DNA of 8,399 nucleotides from a virus (Duplodnaviria; Heunggongvirae; Uroviricota; Caudoviricetes). The notes beneath the pieces are model-generated. The model saw nothing but the letters and a program-made list of their open reading frames with translations. It did no database searches and was not told the DNA's origin. The position numbers were made by a program, and so were the translations under genes. This document shows, piece by piece, positions 5,278 through 8,399 of this stretch. Every line of letters begins with the position of its first letter. The stretch's first letter is position 1. Location of the stretch: positions 1-8,399 of the IMG/VR virus record IMGVR_UViG_2671180577_000022; one strand, 5' to 3'.

Positions 5278-7146
5278 ATGGTGGAAAGAACCATGGCATT
5301 TAAACACTATGATGTTGTCAGGGCGGCGTCGCCGTCAGATCTTGCGGAAAAGCTGACACATAAACTGAAAGAGGGCTGGCAGCCGTTTGGTAGTCCGGTG
5401 GCCATAACCCCTTATACCCTGATGCAGGCGATTGCAGCAGAAGGTGATGTGGTGGTCAGTGGTGCAACTGAGCCGGATTGGTACTACGTCATCGTACTGG
5501 CCGGGCAGTCCAATGCCATGGCTTACGGTGAAGGGCTTCCGCTGCCGGATTCATACGATGCGCCCCATCCGCGCATTAAGCAACTGGCCCGTCGTAACAC
5601 AGTGACTCCCGGTGGTGAAGTATGCGTATTTAACGACATCATTCCTGCTGACCATTGTCTGCATGATGTTCAGGATATGAGTACGATTAACCATCCCCGG
5701 GCTGACCTGAGCAAAGGGCAGTACGGCTGTGTCGGACAGGGCTTACATATTGCCAAAAAACTGCTTCCGTATATCCCTAATAACGCGGGGATCCTGCTGG
5801 TACCATGCTGTCGTGGTGGTTCGGCATTCACCCAGGGCACGGAGGGGACATTCAGCGAGTCCACGGGGGCCAGTCAGGATTCGGCTCGCTGGGGAGTGGG
5901 TAAGCCGTTATATCAGGATCTGCTTTTCCGCACGAAGGCAGCATTGCAGAAAAACCCGAAAAACGTTTTGCTGGCGATATGCTGGATGCAGGGGGAATTC
6001 GATATGACGAATGCCAGTTACGCCCAGCAGCCAGCAGCATTTCTTGCAATGGTACAGCAGTTCCGTGCTGACCTTGCCGGGCTGGCGGCGCAGTGTCACG
6101 GTGGAAGTCCGGCATCAGTCCCCTGGATTTGTGGCGACACGACATACGCGTGGAAACAAGAACACGGTACGCAATATGAAGTGGTATATGGTGCATATAA
6201 AGGTAAAGAATCCCAGCAGATTTATTTTGTTCCCTTTATGACCGATGGTAGCGGAGTTAATACACCGACAAACAACCCGTCAGAAGATCCTGATATTGTC
6301 GGGTCTGGTTATTACGGTTCGGCATCCCGAACGAACAAAAACTGGGTATCATCAAATCGCCCGACGCATTTCAGCTCATGGGCGCGTCGTGGCATTATTC
6401 CCGATCGTATGGCAACTGCTATTCTGAACGTAGCCGGTCGCACCTTAGCCTTCATTAGTGGTAAGGCACCGGAAATCAAACCCTCGCCCGGCGGCGACAC
6501 GCCATCGGGGCCGTCTGAAGATGCATCCATACGCACAATCTCCCTGTTGCCGACAGCCGGAGACGCTGCTGCGCAGGGCTGGAGCATTAAGAATGGCGGA
6601 ATTCAGTTGTCGGGTGGTGTATTTAAGATCGCCAAGCAGAGCAATAAAACCTGGTCCCTGACGCGCCCGGTGGATGACGCAGTCTCCCTGCTGACACGGG
6701 GTGGCAGACTGAGCTGTAAGTTTCGACTGTCAGGCGCACTGACCAACAACCAGTTCGGTCTGGGAATTTATCTGTATACCGATGTAGCGTTACCTGACGT
6801 CGTGGCGATGACCGGGACTGGTAACCCGTTCCTGATGTCGTTCTTCACCCAGACCACAGACGGCAAACTGAATCTGATGCATCACAAGAAAGCCGGAAAC
6901 ACAAAGTTGGGCGAGTTCGGGAATTACAGTAACGACTGGCAGACGCTGGAGCTGGTGTTCACCGCCGGCAGTGCCACGGTTACTCCGAAACTGAATGGAG
7001 TGGCTGGCCCGGCATTCCAGGTCATAAAAGACAGTCTGACAGTGGGACTAAATGCACTGACGCTGACGGATATTACCAAAAATGCAACGTATGGCGTTGA
7101 GATAGAAAGTCTGGTGCTGGAGATAAATGCACCGGCATCATCATAA
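5278..7146 (+). CDS. nanS-p: Prophage sialate O-acetylesterase NanS-p (N-terminal DUF1737, SGNH/SASA esterase domain, C-terminal extension)
   Basis: 622-aa ORF; alternative start ATG 5293 (MAFKHYDVV...) has the better SD (GGAAAG). SGNH/SASA active-site block [16 protein letters not shown] is present. Location just upstream of the holin matches NanS-p genes of Stx and non-Stx lambdoid prophages. Confidence 0.9.
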   Translation: MVERTMAFKHYDVVRAASPSDLAEKLTHKLKEGWQPFGSPVAITPYTLMQAIAAEGDVVVSGATEPDWYYVIVLAGQSNAMAYGEGLPLPDSYDAPHPRIKQLARRNTVTPGGEVCVFNDIIPADHCLHDVQDMSTINHPRADLSKGQYGCVGQGLHIAKKLLPYIPNNAGILLVPCCRGGSAFTQGTEGTFSESTGASQDSARWGVGKPLYQDLLFRTKAALQKNPKNVLLAICWMQGEFDMTNASYAQQPAAFLAMVQQFRADLAGLAAQCHGGSPASVPWICGDTTYAWKQEHGTQYEVVYGAYKGKESQQIYFVPFMTDGSGVNTPTNNPSEDPDIVGSGYYGSASRTNKNWVSSNRPTHFSSWARRGIIPDRMATAILNVAGRTLAFISGKAPEIKPSPGGDTPSGPSEDASIRTISLLPTAGDAAAQGWSIKNGGIQLSGGVFKIAKQSNKTWSLTRPVDDAVSLLTRGGRLSCKFRLSGALTNNQFGLGIYLYTDVALPDVVAMTGTGNPFLMSFFTQTTDGKLNLMHHKKAGNTKLGEFGNYSNDWQTLELVFTAGSATVTPKLNGVAGPAFQVIKDSLTVGLNALTLTDITKNATYGVEIESLVLEINAPASS

Positions 7147-7231
7147 AAAGTGAGCCAGCCAAATGGAAGGTATCGTTAAACTCACCGGTAGTGTCAGTGG
7201 GTCGTCTGAGACGCCTGCATGAGTTATCAGA

Positions 7232-7262
7232 GCCATCAGTACTTAACTGGTGGCTTTTTTAT
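7232..7262 (+). terminator. Candidate Rho-independent terminator between nanS-p and the holin gene
   Basis: Stem GCCAUCAG (7232-7239) / CUGGUGGC (7247-7254) with one G-U pair, loop TACTTAA, followed by TTTTTTATTG. Confidence 0.5.
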
Positions 7263-7295
7263 TGTTGTCAGCTTCCGGATAACGGGAGACGGGGT

Positions 7296-7511
7296 ATGTA
7301 CCAGATGGAAAAAATCACAACAGGTGTGTCATACACCACGTCAGCGGTGGGAACGGGCTACTGGTTCCTGCAGTTGCTGGACAGGGTTTCCCCGTCTCAG
7401 TGGGCGGCAATAGGCGTGCTGGGGAGTCTGCTGTTTGGGCTGCTGACATATCTGACTAACCTGTATTTCAAAATCAGAGAGGACCGTCGTAAGGCGGCAC
7501 GGGGAGAGTAA
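7296..7511 (+). CDS. S: Class II holin, S21/EssQ-like pinholin (71 aa) with dual-start motif
   Basis: ATG 7296 with GGGAG 7 nt upstream. Protein [71 protein letters not shown] is near-identical to phage 21 / Qin / 933W S as I recall them. Met1 and Met4 form the classic antiholin/holin dual start. The ORF-track start at 7191 is an upstream in-frame extension. Confidence 0.9.
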   Translation: MYQMEKITTGVSYTTSAVGTGYWFLQLLDRVSPSQWAAIGVLGSLLFGLLTYLTNLYFKIREDRRKAARGE

Positions 7512-7515
7512 TTCA

Positions 7516-7866
7516 ATGACTCAAAACTATGAACTGATTGTGAAAGGGATCCGCAATTTTGAGAATAAAGTTACGGTAACTTTAGCGTTACGGGACAAAA
7601 AACGCTTTGACGGTGAAATTTTTGACCTGGACATCTCGCTGGACCGTGTTGAAGGTGCCGCGCTGGAGTTTTATGAGGCAGCAGCCAGAAGGAGCATCAG
7701 ACAGGTCTTCCTGGATGTTGCTGCCGGGTTATGTGAAGGGGATGAGCAGTCGCCGGAAAAGCGCCCCGTAATTTTAGAGGCGCAGAATGTGTGGATAACC
7801 TACAAAGGAAAGCTACCAGGAAGAATTACTGGTTCTCTGAAGACTCCTCCGGAATCACAACCTTAA
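7516..7866 (+). CDS. Hypothetical phage protein (116 aa) between holin and endolysin (YdfR-like position)
   Basis: ATG 7516 lies 4 nt after the holin stop with GGGGAGAG upstream; same strand and tightly packed within the lysis cassette. Qin-type cassettes carry a small gene (ydfR) in this slot; similarity not verified. Confidence 0.6.
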   Translation: MTQNYELIVKGIRNFENKVTVTLALRDKKRFDGEIFDLDISLDRVEGAALEFYEAAARRSIRQVFLDVAAGLCEGDEQSPEKRPVILEAQNVWITYKGKLPGRITGSLKTPPESQP

Positions 7867-7929
7867 GTCACTGACCAGAACAGATAAACCTGTCCGTGGG
7901 CAGAAACCGATAAATCCTGATAAATATCC

Positions 7930-8399
7930 ATGAACGCAAAAATCAGATACGGCCTGTCGGCTGCCGTTCTGGCACTGATTGCCGTCGGTGCGCCCGCGCC
8001 TGATATTCTCGACCAGTTTCTGGATGAAAAAGAGGGTAACCACACTACGGCATACCGCGATGGTTCCGGCATCTGGACCATCTGTCGGGGGGCCACGATG
8101 GTGGATGGAAAACCCGTTTTTCCCGGTATGAAACTGTCGAAGGAAAAATGCGACCAGGTCAACGCCATTGAGCGTGATAAGGCGCTGGCATGGGTGGAGA
8201 AAAACATCAAAGTGCCATTGAGCGAACCCCAGAAAGCGGGGATCGCGTCATTCTGTCCGTACAACATTGGTCCCGGTAAGTGTTTCCCGTCGACGTTTTA
8301 TAAACGAATTAATGCAGGTGATCGCAGGGGAGCGTGTGAGGCGATTCGCTGGTGGATTAAGGACGGTGGCAGAGACTGCCGTATTCGTTCAAACAACTG
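7930..8399 (+). CDS. R: SAR endolysin (phage lysozyme R, GH24 family), 3' end truncated by window
   Basis: ATG 7930; the ORF track omits it because no stop is reached. Translation MNAKIRYGLSAAVLALIAVGAPAPDILDQFLDEKEGNHTTAYRDGSGIWTICRGAT... has a Gly/Ala-rich N-terminal SAR segment followed by a T4-lysozyme-like catalytic region. Near-identical to 933W/Qin-type R as I recall it; the SAR type pairs with the pinholin. Confidence 0.9.
   Translation, partial: MNAKIRYGLSAAVLALIAVGAPAPDILDQFLDEKEGNHTTAYRDGSGIWTICRGATMVDGKPVFPGMKLSKEKCDQVNAIERDKALAWVEKNIKVPLSEPQKAGIASFCPYNIGPGKCFPSTFYKRINAGDRRGACEAIRWWIKDGGRDCRIRSNN

Larger units (their letters stand above)
1..8399 (+). mobile_element. Partial lambdoid prophage, Q-to-lysis late region (Qin/933W-like gene order)
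   Basis: Co-linear + strand order of RusA, Q antiterminator, tRNA cluster, NanS-p esterase, S21-like holin and SAR endolysin, which is the canonical late-region synteny of lambdoid phages. No integrase or att site lies in the window, so ends are undefined. Confidence 0.85.

Noticed and set aside
5153-5356. 67-aa + strand ORF overlapping the nanS-p start region
   Set aside because: Out of frame with nanS-p and lying mainly in the promoter/leader region; no SD.
5670-6661. Multiple 60-114-aa ORFs on both strands inside nanS-p
   Set aside because: All are embedded in the 622-aa esterase ORF, which has clear family motifs; they are frame shadows of a moderately GC-rich gene.
7191-7295. Upstream in-frame extension of the holin ORF (start at 7191), and the overlapping ORF 7219..7413
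   Set aside because: The extension would run through the predicted terminator hairpin at 7232-7262, and the well-known 71-aa holin starts at ATG 7296 with a good SD. The overlapping ORF is out of frame with no support.
7855-8267. Minus-strand ORFs of 62 and 134 aa antisense to the endolysin gene
   Set aside because: Antisense to a confidently identified SAR endolysin; no SD or recognisable features.
1-8399. CRISPR array, IS element, integrase or att site
   Set aside because: No regularly spaced direct repeats, no transposase-like ORF, no terminal inverted repeats and no integrase-like ORF in the window; the only repeats are short hairpins read as terminators or structured RNA.

Overview
This window reads as the late-regulatory-to-lysis segment of a lambdoid (Qin/933W-like) enterobacterial prophage, all on the + strand except one orphan ORF. 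In order: a DUF968/YdfU-like protein, RusA resolvase, a phage-82/QuuD-type Q antiterminator, then a visibly AT-rich three-gene cargo cassette (CPBP/Abi-type intramembrane protease with all three catalytic motifs, a 65-aa PapI/FaeA-like winged-helix protein, an AraC/XylS-family regulator). After that come a three-tRNA cluster (Ile2-CAU, Arg-UCG, Arg-UCU; the ileZ-argN-argO arrangement of Stx phages), a toxin-less stretch with a hairpin-rich segment and a minus-strand orphan ORF, a NanS-p-type sialate O-acetylesterase, and a pinholin / small ORF / SAR-endolysin lysis cassette truncated at the window end. No stx genes, integrase, IS element or CRISPR array are present. The most interesting candidates for something undescribed are the Q-proximal cargo cassette and the non-toxin content of the slot between the tRNAs and nanS-p. 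All family assignments are from motif reading and memory; no database search was run.
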